Assembly: GCA_964371445.1 (NCBI GenBank)
Contig: CAYJLK010000002.1
Coordinates: 43,718 to 107,717, forward strand
DNA: 64,000 bases
From: an uncultured Candidatus Saccharibacteria bacterium
Lineage (GTDB): Bacteria > Patescibacteriota > Minisyncoccia > Phycocordibacterales > Phycocordibacteraceae
Direction: 5' to 3'
Shown: positions 50,048 to 59,165 of the stretch, in pieces
Layout: each line of letters begins with the position of its first letter
How positions within the stretch are numbered: the stretch's first letter is position 1
Made by a program: the position numbers and the translations under genes
The notes under the pieces: generated by a model
Seen by the model: only the letters and a program-made list of their open reading frames with translations
Database searches by the model: none
Told to the model about the DNA's origin: nothing

Positions 50048-51223
50048 ATGCGCACCGTCCGCGACATACCGTTTCTCGAAAACATCCCCGTGCTGGTACG
50101 CGCCGCGCTGAACGTCCCCATTGAAAACGGGAAGGTCGCGAATGACTATCGCCTGCGCCGCGCAGTGCCGACGATCCAGTACCTGCGCGAGCGCGGTGCA
50201 AAAGTCGTGCTCATAAGCCACATTGAAGGAGTCGGGCTGCCTACCGGCAGATCGGGGACGGAGACGCTCCGACCGGTCGCGCACGCCCTCGACACACTGC
50301 TCCCGGGCGTCTCATTCTTCGACGAGACGATCGGAGCACCTGCGCGGCAGGCGGTGCGCGAGCTTGCGGCAGGGAAGATACTGGTGCTCGAAAATCTGCG
50401 GCGGCACAAAGGGGAGCGGATGAACGACCGCGCGTTTGCACAGGAGCTCGCGGCGCTTGCCGACGTCTTCGTCGAAGACTCGTTCGACACCTGCCACCGC
50501 GCACACGCCTCGATTGTCGGCGTCCCCGAACTCCTGCCGAGCTATGCCGGACTCCTTCTCGAAGAGGAGGTCCGCGAGCTTTCAAAAGCGCTCGCGCCCG
50601 CACACCCGTCGCTCGCAGTTATCGGCGGAATGAAATTTAATACCAAGGAAGAAGTGCTCGCGACACTTCTTGCAAAATACGACCGCGTCTTCGTCGGTGG
50701 TGCATTAGCGAGCGATTTCCTCCGAGCCTCCGGGCGGGAAGTGGGGAAGTCCTTTGTCTCGAGCGCACACACAGAATCCCTCAAAGGCCTCCTCGCCCAT
50801 CCGAAACTCGTATTGCCCATTGATTCCCTCGTCATACCGGCGAGCGCGGTCGGTACGAAAGACGCGCGAGCGAAGGCGCGCATCGCGCCTCTCGGGGACG
50901 TGCATCCCGACGAGATCATCCTCGACCACGGTCCGCGCACATCCGCCCTTCTCGCCGCTCTCGCGGAGAAAGCAGAGACCGTTCTCTGGAACGGTCCTTT
51001 GGGGAGATATGAGGACGGCTTTAGCGATGCTACTGACGACTTTGCACGCGCCGTCGCGGGCTCAGGCGCGCGCTCAGTCATCGGCGGCGGCGACACCGTT
51101 GCCGCGATAGAGGGTCTCGGTCTCCTCTCACGCTTCTCGTTCGTCTCCACCGGCGGCGGCGCGATGCTCGCCTTCCTCGCACGAGGCACCCTCCCCGGCA
51201 TCGATGCGCTCAAGGCTCACTGA
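50048..51223 (+). CDS. pgk: Phosphoglycerate kinase
   Basis: LNVP, LENLR, HRAHAS, WNGPLG, GGGDT and STGGGA. Confidence 0.94.
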   Translation: MRTVRDIPFLENIPVLVRAALNVPIENGKVANDYRLRRAVPTIQYLRERGAKVVLISHIEGVGLPTGRSGTETLRPVAHALDTLLPGVSFFDETIGAPARQAVRELAAGKILVLENLRRHKGERMNDRAFAQELAALADVFVEDSFDTCHRAHASIVGVPELLPSYAGLLLEEEVRELSKALAPAHPSLAVIGGMKFNTKEEVLATLLAKYDRVFVGGALASDFLRASGREVGKSFVSSAHTESLKGLLAHPKLVLPIDSLVIPASAVGTKDARAKARIAPLGDVHPDEIILDHGPRTSALLAALAEKAETVLWNGPLGRYEDGFSDATDDFARAVAGSGARSVIGGGDTVAAIEGLGLLSRFSFVSTGGGAMLAFLARGTLPGIDALKAH

Positions 51224-51579
51224 AGCGCCTGACGAATCTTCGCGGCGTTCGTTTCAAAATCGTTCTTATCGCCCTTCGCTCCATCCTCGGGGTAGACCCA
51301 GATGTGCGCGTGAGGCACCTCGTCGCCGATTATTTTTGAAAGTATCCACTCGGTGCCGAATGCTTTCTGTTGCGCCCGCGCAACTTTTCGTACCACTTCA
51401 AAATATTCGCCCACATTCGGCACGTCCCAGACCCAGCGATAGTGCGTCTTGGGAATGACTTGTGCGTGTCCCGGAGATTGCGGGTGAATATCCAGAAACG
51501 CGAGAAAAGCATCGTCTTCATAGACCGTATGCGCCGGTATCTCGCCGCTGACAATTTTGCAAAAAATACAGTTTTCCAT
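51217..51579 (-). CDS. HIT family protein
   Basis: CIFCKI and VPHAHIW. Confidence 0.92.
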   Translation of the reverse strand: MENCIFCKIVSGEIPAHTVYEDDAFLAFLDIHPQSPGHAQVIPKTHYRWVWDVPNVGEYFEVVRKVARAQQKAFGTEWILSKIIGDEVPHAHIWVYPEDGAKGDKNDFETNAAKIRQALQ

Positions 51580-51604
51580 CGCTTGAGTATACAATAGTGT
51601 GCAC

Positions 51605-53332
51605 ATGTTCCCGCTCCACGACTCGCTTGACGACACCCTGCGCGAAGAACTCGCGCTGCACGACGACTTGACCGCTGCCTTGCTCTCGCGCCGCGGCGTG
51701 ACGACGAAAGAAGGCGCGGAACGATTTTTGAATCCGTCATACGACCTACACGTGCACGATCCGTTCCTGATGACGGATATGCAAAAAGCGGCGGAGCGAT
51801 TTGCACGCGCGATTATTTCGGGAGAAAAAATCGCGGTGTGGAGCGACTACGATTGCGACGGCATCCCGGGCGCAGTGCTCCTGCATGATTTCTTGAAAAA
51901 AGCCGGCGCGAATTTTGAGAATTACATACCTCATAGACACAACGAGGGGTACGGAATGAATATCTCTGGTATCGAAAAATTATCAAAGAGCGGTGTGCAG
52001 CTAATCGTCACGGTTGACTCCGGCATCACCGACACTGAACCGGTCGCGCGCGCGCGGGAGCTCGGCATAGAAGTCATCGTCACCGACCATCACCTTCCGG
52101 GTGAAAAATTGCCCGACGCATTCGCCATTCTGAATCCGAATGCGCGCGCCGACGAAACGTATCCGTATAAAAGTCTCTGTGGCTCCGGTGTCGCGTGGAA
52201 GCTCGTCTGTGCAACACTCGCCGTCGCCCCCAAGCTTCGCGCGAACGTGCCGGAGGGCTGGGAGAAGTGGCTCCTTGATATGGTCGGGCTCGCGACCATC
52301 GCCGACATGGTCCCGCTTACGGGTGAGAACCGCGTGCTCGCCACCTACGGCCTCCGCGTGCTCCGCAAATCGCCGCGTACTGGTTTGCAGAAAATGCTCC
52401 GCGGGATGCGCGTCGAACAACGCGCCGTTACCGAAGACGATGTCGGATTTATGATTGCACCGCGGGTCAACGCGGCGAGCCGCCTCGGCGAAGCACGCGA
52501 CGCATTCCAGCTCTTCACGACAACCGACGAGAGCGAAGCGGACCTGCTCGCGAAGAAACTCGAGAAGTTGAATCGGGAGCGCAAGGCACAGGCGGGCGCC
52601 ATCACGCGCGCGGTGCACACGCGGCTGAAAGAGCGCGGTGAGCCTCGAACCATCATCGCACTCGGCGATCCCGAGTGGCGTCCCGCACTTCTCGGACTCG
52701 TCGCGAATACCATTGCCGACGAATATGAACGGCCGGTATTCCTCTGGGGACGCGAGGGGAACATGAGTCTGAAGGGCTCATTTCGAAGCGGCGGCGGGGC
52801 CAGAATGATGGAGCTCCTAAACGCGACCGAGAACACCTTTGCACAATTCGGCGGACATGCGGCCGCAGGAGGTTTCACTCTCATCGATACGGAAGTGTTT
52901 TTCTTGGAAGATCGACTCGTCGAAGCGTATGCGCGCCTCACCGCCGACGCCGAACAGATTGATCCGCTCGTCGCTCGCGCTGACGCAGTGATCACTCCAG
53001 AAGAAGCGACGCACTCCTTCTTGCAGAAGATTGAACGCCTCGCTCCCTTCGGACAGGGTAACCAAAAACCGGTGTTCTTATTGCGCGATGTGTCTCTGCG
53101 AGAGATTTCACGCTTCGGAAAAGCAGAGGAACACCTCAAATTAAAAATCGCCGTCGATGAGAGTGACAGCAGTATCGACGCAGTCACATTCTTCGTCAAA
53201 GGTGCCATCGCGCGCACGGCGGAGAGACTGTTGCACGATAGCCGCGTGAATCTCCTCGCACACCTCGAGCGCGACACCTTCAGCCGCGGCACTCCCGTCC
53301 GCCTGCGACTTTTAGATATCAGAGTTGTATAG
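51605..53332 (+). CDS. recJ: ssDNA exonuclease RecJ
   Basis: DYDCDG, TVDSG, TDHH and GGHAAAGG. Confidence 0.95.
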   Translation: MFPLHDSLDDTLREELALHDDLTAALLSRRGVTTKEGAERFLNPSYDLHVHDPFLMTDMQKAAERFARAIISGEKIAVWSDYDCDGIPGAVLLHDFLKKAGANFENYIPHRHNEGYGMNISGIEKLSKSGVQLIVTVDSGITDTEPVARARELGIEVIVTDHHLPGEKLPDAFAILNPNARADETYPYKSLCGSGVAWKLVCATLAVAPKLRANVPEGWEKWLLDMVGLATIADMVPLTGENRVLATYGLRVLRKSPRTGLQKMLRGMRVEQRAVTEDDVGFMIAPRVNAASRLGEARDAFQLFTTTDESEADLLAKKLEKLNRERKAQAGAITRAVHTRLKERGEPRTIIALGDPEWRPALLGLVANTIADEYERPVFLWGREGNMSLKGSFRSGGGARMMELLNATENTFAQFGGHAAAGGFTLIDTEVFFLEDRLVEAYARLTADAEQIDPLVARADAVITPEEATHSFLQKIERLAPFGQGNQKPVFLLRDVSLREISRFGKAEEHLKLKIAVDESDSSIDAVTFFVKGAIARTAERLLHDSRVNLLAHLERDTFSRGTPVRLRLLDIRVV

Positions 53333-53339
53333 TACCCAC

Positions 53340-53759
53340 ATGAAATTCACCATCCATGCCGACGGGGGAGCACGGGGGAACCCGGGACCAAGCGGTGCAG
53401 GCGCGGTCGTGCGCGACGAGTTCGGCAGTATCGTCGCGAGCGTTTCAAAATTTCTCGGTCACCGCACAAATAATTTCGCCGAGTACGAGGCGGTCATCCT
53501 CGCCTTTGAGGAACTCCTGAAGCTCGTGCCGAGCGCCGAGCGCGAGCTCACCGATGTGACGGTAAAAATGGACAGCGAGCTGGTAGTGAAGCAGATGAAA
53601 AAAGAATACAAAGTGCGGCATCCGGTCCTCAAAGAACAGCAGGCGCGCCTCGCGCAGGTCGCCGGCGCCTTCGGCACGGTGACCTTCATGCACGTCTTCC
53701 GCGAAGAAAATTCCGACGCCGACGCCCTCGCCAACGAAGCGATGGACCGTGGTGCATAA
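53340..53759 (+). CDS. rnhA: Ribonuclease HI
   Basis: DGGARGNPG, TNNFAEY, DSELV and NSDADALAN. Confidence 0.93.
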   Translation: MKFTIHADGGARGNPGPSGAGAVVRDEFGSIVASVSKFLGHRTNNFAEYEAVILAFEELLKLVPSAERELTDVTVKMDSELVVKQMKKEYKVRHPVLKEQQARLAQVAGAFGTVTFMHVFREENSDADALANEAMDRGA

Positions 53760-53769
53760 TCTTAAGAAC

Positions 53770-54231
53770 ATGATTTCTACTTCAACAATGCAAGTTTTGG
53801 TTCCATCACTTTCAGCTCTTGTTGGGGCAGTAATAGGTGCGACTGCGGCTCTTGCGGGTGTACGTTGGCAAATTATTGCCGATCATAAACAAAAACGAGA
53901 TGAACAAATTTTTAACGCTCGTCGTGATGTTTATGCAGAAATAATGAGCATTCTGAATTATTCATTTTTAAAAGGGAAAGATTTAAATGCTGCACTTTCG
54001 GATCCGCATTTTAAAACGCAGGTGTCGATACATATGGGGGACTGTTTCAGCCGGGCGAGACCAATTGCAGGTTTAAGGCTCAGTGAAAAACTCCGTGAAC
54101 TTTATGGGGCGGAGATGCTTTTGTGGAAGCCTGAAAATACCGGTGAAAACACCGAGTTGGATAAAAAACGTGCTGCGCTGGCGAACGAAGTTGAGATCCT
54201 TATTCGTGAAGACCTTGGTATAACGGATTAA
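53770..54231 (+). CDS. Orphan protein with N-terminal TM helix
   Basis: AT-rich ORF between rnhA and comEC; start uncertain (53749-53788). Confidence 0.65.
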   Translation: MISTSTMQVLVPSLSALVGAVIGATAALAGVRWQIIADHKQKRDEQIFNARRDVYAEIMSILNYSFLKGKDLNAALSDPHFKTQVSIHMGDCFSRARPIAGLRLSEKLRELYGAEMLLWKPENTGENTELDKKRAALANEVEILIREDLGITD

Positions 54232-54256
54232 AATCGTATAGATATTTTCTGCCACG

Positions 54257-55777
54257 ATGAGTGTCTTGATTTCAGTCACTGGAGGGTTTGTGAGCGGGGT
54301 AGGACTCCGCTCGCTTTTTTATTTCGGGTGGGAGCCGGCGGCGTTTGTGATGATACTCGCGGCACTTCTTGGTGCCGCGGCATTTTATAAGCCGCGAGTC
54401 GTGTACACGATGGGTACAGTGTTTTGTTTATTCGTCGCGTTCGGGATGGTGCGCTCAACAGTCGCCGATACGCCGCCGCCCGAGGCGTTTGTGCGCGACC
54501 TGAAGCATCGCGTGTCGTATGAAGCAGTGGTGGTGGGGGACCCGGATGTGCGCGAGAAGAATCAAAGGATTGCGATTCAAGTGGGGGATGTGGGCATGCT
54601 TGCCGTGATGCCGCTCTCGGCTCGCGTAGCGGTCGGCGACCGCGTGCGCGTCTATGGCACGCTTTCCTTGCCGCAAGCGTTTGAGACCGAAAATGGTCGG
54701 ACATTTCGTTATGACAAATATCTCGAGGCGCGCGGTATCCGCTTTCTTATCCAATACGGGACGATATATACACAGGAGCCAGCACTGTGGTATTCGGTTC
54801 CGGCCGCCTTAGCACGCATCAAGCACTCATTTCTCGACGGGCTCAACCGCGCATTGCCGACACCGGACAGCGCGCTCGCGGGCGGCATCGTGATAGGAGG
54901 GAAGCAGGGGCTCGGCACCGAACTCCAAGAGGCATTCACGCGCTCGGGGCTCGTCCAGATCATCGTGCTCTCGGGCTACAACGTGATGATAGTCGCCGAA
55001 TGGGTGATGGCATTCTTCGCGCTCCTTGCGCTCCCGCGCCGTCTCCAATTCTTTGCTGGCGGGGCGGCACTCCTCCTCTTTGTTGGCATCGCCGGCATCT
55101 CCGCCACGGCGGTGCGTGCCGCCATCATGGCGGTCATCGCGCTCTACGCGCGAGCGACCGGGCGCTCCTATGCCGCGAGCCGTGCGCTCCTATTCGCCGT
55201 CCTCCTCATGCTCATATGGAATCCGCTCTATCTCGTCTTTGACCCCGGCTTCGGTCTCTCGGTCGCCGCGACCGCAGGCATCATCTGGCTCGCCCCGATT
55301 ATTGAACGCATGATGGACTTCGTAGGTCCATCATCAGATGAGGGACCTACGAAGTCCCGACATGGGTTCTGGACAAACACAATTGCGACCACGCTCGCCG
55401 CGCAAATCTCGGTACTTCCATTATTGCTCTACAACATCGGACTCTTCTCGCTCGTCGCACTGCCGGCGAATATCCTGGTGAACCCGCTCGTGCCGCTCGC
55501 GATGGCTCTCGCCGCTATTGCGGGAGTCGTCGGCATGACTATCGGACCTTTCATTCCATTTATCACCGCCGTCATCGGCGCCCCCGCCCACCTCCTCATG
55601 CGCTACTTCATCTTTATCGCAGAAAAAAGTTCCGCACTGCCGTATGCGGCATTCAATCTGCCCCTCTTCTCATTTTGGCTCGTCCTCGCCGCGTATGCGG
55701 CGCTCATTTATATAGTCGCGTCGAAGCGCTTCTCGACGACCGACCAGTTCACATTCGCGAAAAAGGCGTCGACATAA
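54257..55777 (+). CDS. comEC: ComEC competence channel without C-terminal metallo-beta-lactamase domain
   Basis: SGLVQIIVLSGYNV, VRAAIM and FGLSVAAT. Confidence 0.92.
   Translation: MSVLISVTGGFVSGVGLRSLFYFGWEPAAFVMILAALLGAAAFYKPRVVYTMGTVFCLFVAFGMVRSTVADTPPPEAFVRDLKHRVSYEAVVVGDPDVREKNQRIAIQVGDVGMLAVMPLSARVAVGDRVRVYGTLSLPQAFETENGRTFRYDKYLEARGIRFLIQYGTIYTQEPALWYSVPAALARIKHSFLDGLNRALPTPDSALAGGIVIGGKQGLGTELQEAFTRSGLVQIIVLSGYNVMIVAEWVMAFFALLALPRRLQFFAGGAALLLFVGIAGISATAVRAAIMAVIALYARATGRSYAASRALLFAVLLMLIWNPLYLVFDPGFGLSVAATAGIIWLAPIIERMMDFVGPSSDEGPTKSRHGFWTNTIATTLAAQISVLPLLLYNIGLFSLVALPANILVNPLVPLAMALAAIAGVVGMTIGPFIPFITAVIGAPAHLLMRYFIFIAEKSSALPYAAFNLPLFSFWLVLAAYAALIYIVASKRFSTTDQFTFAKKAST
55315..55357. 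repeat. 43-bp palindrome within comEC
   Basis: GGACTTCGTAGGTCC-a-TCATC-a-GATGA-g-GGACCTACGAAGTCC. Confidence 0.85.
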
Positions 55778-56298
55778 TTCTTCTTCTCTGCCGGCACATA
55801 GTCCACCATATACGCGTGCTCCCAGAGGTCGAGCGCGAGCAGGATAGGGAGGCCGGCGAGTGATCCGAGTTCATGGTCGTTCACAAAGACCGTGTGTAAT
55901 GTCTTCCCGATAGGGTCGGCATAGACGACGACCCAGCCGATGCCGCGGCTCTGTGCGACTTCTCGCATGTGCGCCTCGAGTGTTTTCTCTCCGTACTTCT
56001 CGGTTATTGCCTTCGCGAGCGCCCCATCGCCCGTGAGGGAAGTCTGACTTCCTTCAAACTGTTCAAAGTAATATTCGTGGAGGCGCATCCCGTTGAATTC
56101 AAAGGCGAGCCGTCTACGCATCTCGGCTATCGCATATTTCCCACCCTCATCTTCTGTCTGTCCATACGCGGCGATGGTCGCCATGATGAGATTCACATGC
56201 TTCACGTACCCCTCATAGAGGGCGAGGTGCACTTTCACCTGCTTTTCTGAAATCCCCGAGAGAATAGGGAGGTCGAACTGTTTTGCGGTGTAGGTCAT
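55708..56298 (-). CDS. sod: Fe/Mn superoxide dismutase
   Basis: HLALY, LHEYYF and DLWEHAY metal ligands. Confidence 0.9.
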   Translation of the reverse strand: MTYTAKQFDLPILSGISEKQVKVHLALYEGYVKHVNLIMATIAAYGQTEDEGGKYAIAEMRRRLAFEFNGMRLHEYYFEQFEGSQTSLTGDGALAKAITEKYGEKTLEAHMREVAQSRGIGWVVVYADPIGKTLHTVFVNDHELGSLAGLPILLALDLWEHAYMVDYVPAEKKNYVDAFFANVNWSVVEKRFDATI

Positions 56299-56419
56299 AG
56301 ACCTAAAATGTACCATTCATTTACAAGAACTCCATGTAGACAGCGGATAGAAACTCGTGAAGTCTTTGAACACAAAGACGGGCCCTTCATGAGGGGTCCG
56401 TCTTCAGGAGCGCGCCGTT

Positions 56420-56683
56420 TCATTCCGCTACACTCCCAATTTCCGGGAAAGTGCCGGTAAGGAAGGCGGGGGTGCCGACCATTTCTGCTCTGATGAAAAG
56501 TACCAGGCCGTTTTCTTCATGCCTGCTCACGCCGCCAGCTTTGACGAGTTGTTCGGCGGCCTCCTCAATTTCCGCTTCCGATACCCCTTGGAGATACGTC
56601 TGGAGATCGCGCGGCCGTACGCCTTTCCCGATAGGAAGACACAACCGAACTTTTGCCTGCAGTTCCATTGAGCTTATGTTCAT
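56420..56683 (-). CDS. Small hypothetical protein, possible winged helix
   Basis: AAGGAG Shine-Dalgarno; downstream hairpin at 56375-56404. Confidence 0.6.
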   Translation of the reverse strand: MNISSMELQAKVRLCLPIGKGVRPRDLQTYLQGVSEAEIEEAAEQLVKAGGVSRHEENGLVLFIRAEMVGTPAFLTGTFPEIGSVAE

Positions 56684-56763
56684 GACAGCTCCTTTGTCCG
56701 TGGGAACATTCCCATATATAAAATACCTCGGTACCGGGATGAGTCCACCGCCCGAGGTGGATA

Positions 56764-57006
56764 TTAAATCGCTTTTGCCTTCTTGAGGGCGGCGAAGGCG
56801 CCGTTCTTCTTGATGGTCTTAAGGCCTTTCATGGAGACGTCCACAATAATAGTCTTATTCAGCTCCGCCACATAGATGCGGCGCTTCTGGAGGTTCGCCT
56901 TGCGACGGACCTTGCCGGTCGGATTAAATTGCGTCGCACGGGTACGGTTCGAGTACCGCCCGCCGATCTGGGTGGTCTTGCCGGTGATGTCACATTTTCT
57001 TGCCAT
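56764..57006 (-). CDS. rpmB: 50S ribosomal protein bL28
   Basis: MARKCDITGK...RRKANLQ. Confidence 0.92.
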   Translation of the reverse strand: MARKCDITGKTTQIGGRYSNRTRATQFNPTGKVRRKANLQKRRIYVAELNKTIIVDVSMKGLKTIKKNGAFAALKKAKAI

Positions 57007-57043
57007 AAAATATATTTAGTAGATACCTTGCCATAGGAGGCCT

Positions 57044-57086
57044 GCCCCGTAGCCAGCCGAGCGAAGCGAGGCTGTGGTACTGGGGC
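57044..57086. repeat. Imperfect palindromic element with GCCCC termini and GCGAAGC core
   Basis: GCCCCGTAGCCA-GCCGAGCGAAGCGAGGC-TG-TGGTACTGGGGC. Confidence 0.55.
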
Positions 57087-57118
57087 GCATGGTAGCATAG
57101 GTTCGTAAACGAGCAAAC

Positions 57119-57751
57119 ATGGTCACCCTCCTCACGTTCACTATCCTTATCCTTTCCATCATCGTCCACGAGGTGGCGCACGGCTACGCCGCCAACTCGC
57201 TCGGCGATCCGACCGCCCGCCTCGCCGGCCGTCTCACCCTGAATCCCATCCCGCACATCGACCTCATGGGCTCGATCGTCCTCCCCGCCCTGCTGGTCTT
57301 CACAGGGTCCCCGATCATGTTCGGATGGGCGAAGCCGGTACCCTATAATCCTTACAATCTAAAGAATCAGCGCTGGGGCGAATCGCTCGTCGCGGTCGCC
57401 GGAAGCGCGACGAATATCCTCCTTGCGATTATCTTCGGCCTCATCGTGCGATTCGGCGGCTCGCTCGGATTTGATGCGACGGCGCTTTCTCTGGCGGCGA
57501 CTATCGCCTTCATCAACCTCTTCCTCGGCCTCTTCAATCTCATCCCGTTCCCCCCGCTCGACGGCTTTACCGTACTTCGTTCGGTGCTCCCGTGGCACCT
57601 CTCCTCCGGCTTCGCCCGCCTCGAACAGCACGTCCGCGCCGCGGGAGTCATTTCGCTCCTACTCTTCCTCTTCATCTTCTCCTACCTGCTCGCGACTCCT
57701 TTTTTCAACCTCGTCCTCTGGCTTTTCGGGCTCCTCGCGGGGAAAGGGTAG
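57119..57751 (+). CDS. Site-2 protease (M50 family)
   Basis: HEVAHG and FNLIPFPPLDG. Confidence 0.93.
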   Translation: MVTLLTFTILILSIIVHEVAHGYAANSLGDPTARLAGRLTLNPIPHIDLMGSIVLPALLVFTGSPIMFGWAKPVPYNPYNLKNQRWGESLVAVAGSATNILLAIIFGLIVRFGGSLGFDATALSLAATIAFINLFLGLFNLIPFPPLDGFTVLRSVLPWHLSSGFARLEQHVRAAGVISLLLFLFIFSYLLATPFFNLVLWLFGLLAGKG

Positions 57752-57798
57752 AAGTCTCTGGTACTCAAAAGGGAAGAGGCGACGAATCGCCTCTTGGC

Positions 57799-57990
57799 TC
57801 AGAGAACGTTTGCCCAACGGGGGCCGTATACGCAAGGAAACAAATGCTCGTACTGTGAGTCACTGATCCGGTGGTTGTTCTCGGAGAAAATAATCGGACA
57901 GAGGCAAATGTGACACGTTTGTTGCTGCCTTTCTTCTTCTTTGTGCGCTTGTGCAATAAGTGCAAGGGTAAAGCCGGCTGACATGTCCAT
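57799..57990 (-). CDS. Small Cys/His-containing hypothetical protein
   Basis: AAGGAGG Shine-Dalgarno; CHIC...H...C; hairpin at 57774-57795 downstream. Confidence 0.5.
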   Translation of the reverse strand: MDMSAGFTLALIAQAHKEEERQQQTCHICLCPIIFSENNHRISDSQYEHLFPCVYGPRWANVL

Positions 57991-58089
57991 ACGCCCTCCT
58001 TTCCGATCTAAAGAGCAGATCGCACACTATAAGCATATACCCACTTCTGACGCGCAACTCCGTTATGCACTACTGCTATACTACGGGGA

Positions 58090-58524
58090 ATGGAATACCA
58101 GGTGCCGCAGTTCATTGAAGTCGAGGACAAGATCATCGGTCCTTTGACCTTGAAACAATTCATCTATATCGCCGGAGCAAGCGGACTCTGCATCGTTTTC
58201 TTCGTCTATTTACCCATCATCGTCGCCCTCCTCCTCGCGGCGCCGGTGGCAGGGCTCGCAGCGGCACTCTCGTTTTATAAGATGAACGGGAAACCGTTCA
58301 TCGAGGTGCTCGAGGCCGGATTCAGTTATTACACGCGGGGGAAACTCTTCCTCTGGAAACATCAGGACCAAAAGGTCCAGGAAGAGAGCGTCGCGGATAC
58401 GGCCGCCGCGGAGATTCCGTCGCCGCGCGCCACGCCGAAGCTCACGCGCGGGAAGCTCTCGGAGCTTGCGTGGTCGCTCGACGTACAGAAGGCGGGCGGC
58501 AATGCCGAGAACAAGAATCCCTGA
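58090..58524 (+). CDS. PrgI family (VirB3-like) protein
   Basis: YQVPQFIEVEDKIIGPLTLKQF followed by two TM helices. Confidence 0.88.
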   Translation: MEYQVPQFIEVEDKIIGPLTLKQFIYIAGASGLCIVFFVYLPIIVALLLAAPVAGLAAALSFYKMNGKPFIEVLEAGFSYYTRGKLFLWKHQDQKVQEESVADTAAAEIPSPRATPKLTRGKLSELAWSLDVQKAGGNAENKNP

Positions 58525-58525
58525 T

Positions 58526-59161
58526 ATGGCGGTACCCTCAGCAAGCGCAACCCAGCAGTTCGTTCCGGTGAAGGAGATCCGGAACGGCATCATTATCCTC
58601 AAAGACGGCGGCTACCGCGGCGTGCTTATCTGTTCCTCGATCAACTTCGGACTCAAGTCGGCCGATGAACAGCACGCGATCACGCTCGGCTTCCAGAATT
58701 TCCTCAATACGCTCGACTTCTCGATACAGATTGTTATCAATTCGCGCCGGATGGACCTGCGTCCCTACCTCGCGCTCCTGGGAGAAAAGTCCGCCGAACA
58801 AAAGACAGAGTTGATGCGGATCCAACTTCGCGAGTATATCGAATTCGTCCGCTCCTTCACCGACCAGGCGAATATCATGACGAAATCTTTTTACGTCGTC
58901 GTCTCATACACGCCGCATGTCAGCGCCGCGAGCGCGACCAGCTTCCTGCGGCGCGAGAATGCCGCGGTGAAGAGCGCCGCTGCCGAGACTTCTTTCGAAG
59001 AAGATCGGGCTCAGCTCGAACAAAGGCTCACACTCGTCGCCGCCGGTCTTGCAGGCACCGGCGTTCGCGCGGTCCCGCTCGGTACTGAAGAGGTCATCGA
59101 ACTGTTGTATCGTTCATTTAATCCGGGCGAACTTGAGAACCCTATCAGGCTCGATAATTAA
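58526..59161 (+). CDS. VirB4 N-terminal-like accessory protein
   Basis: SINFGLKSADEQ...FLNTLDFSIQI; lies between prgI and virB4. Confidence 0.75.
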   Translation: MAVPSASATQQFVPVKEIRNGIIILKDGGYRGVLICSSINFGLKSADEQHAITLGFQNFLNTLDFSIQIVINSRRMDLRPYLALLGEKSAEQKTELMRIQLREYIEFVRSFTDQANIMTKSFYVVVSYTPHVSAASATSFLRRENAAVKSAAAETSFEEDRAQLEQRLTLVAAGLAGTGVRAVPLGTEEVIELLYRSFNPGELENPIRLDN

Positions 59162-59165
59162 ACGT

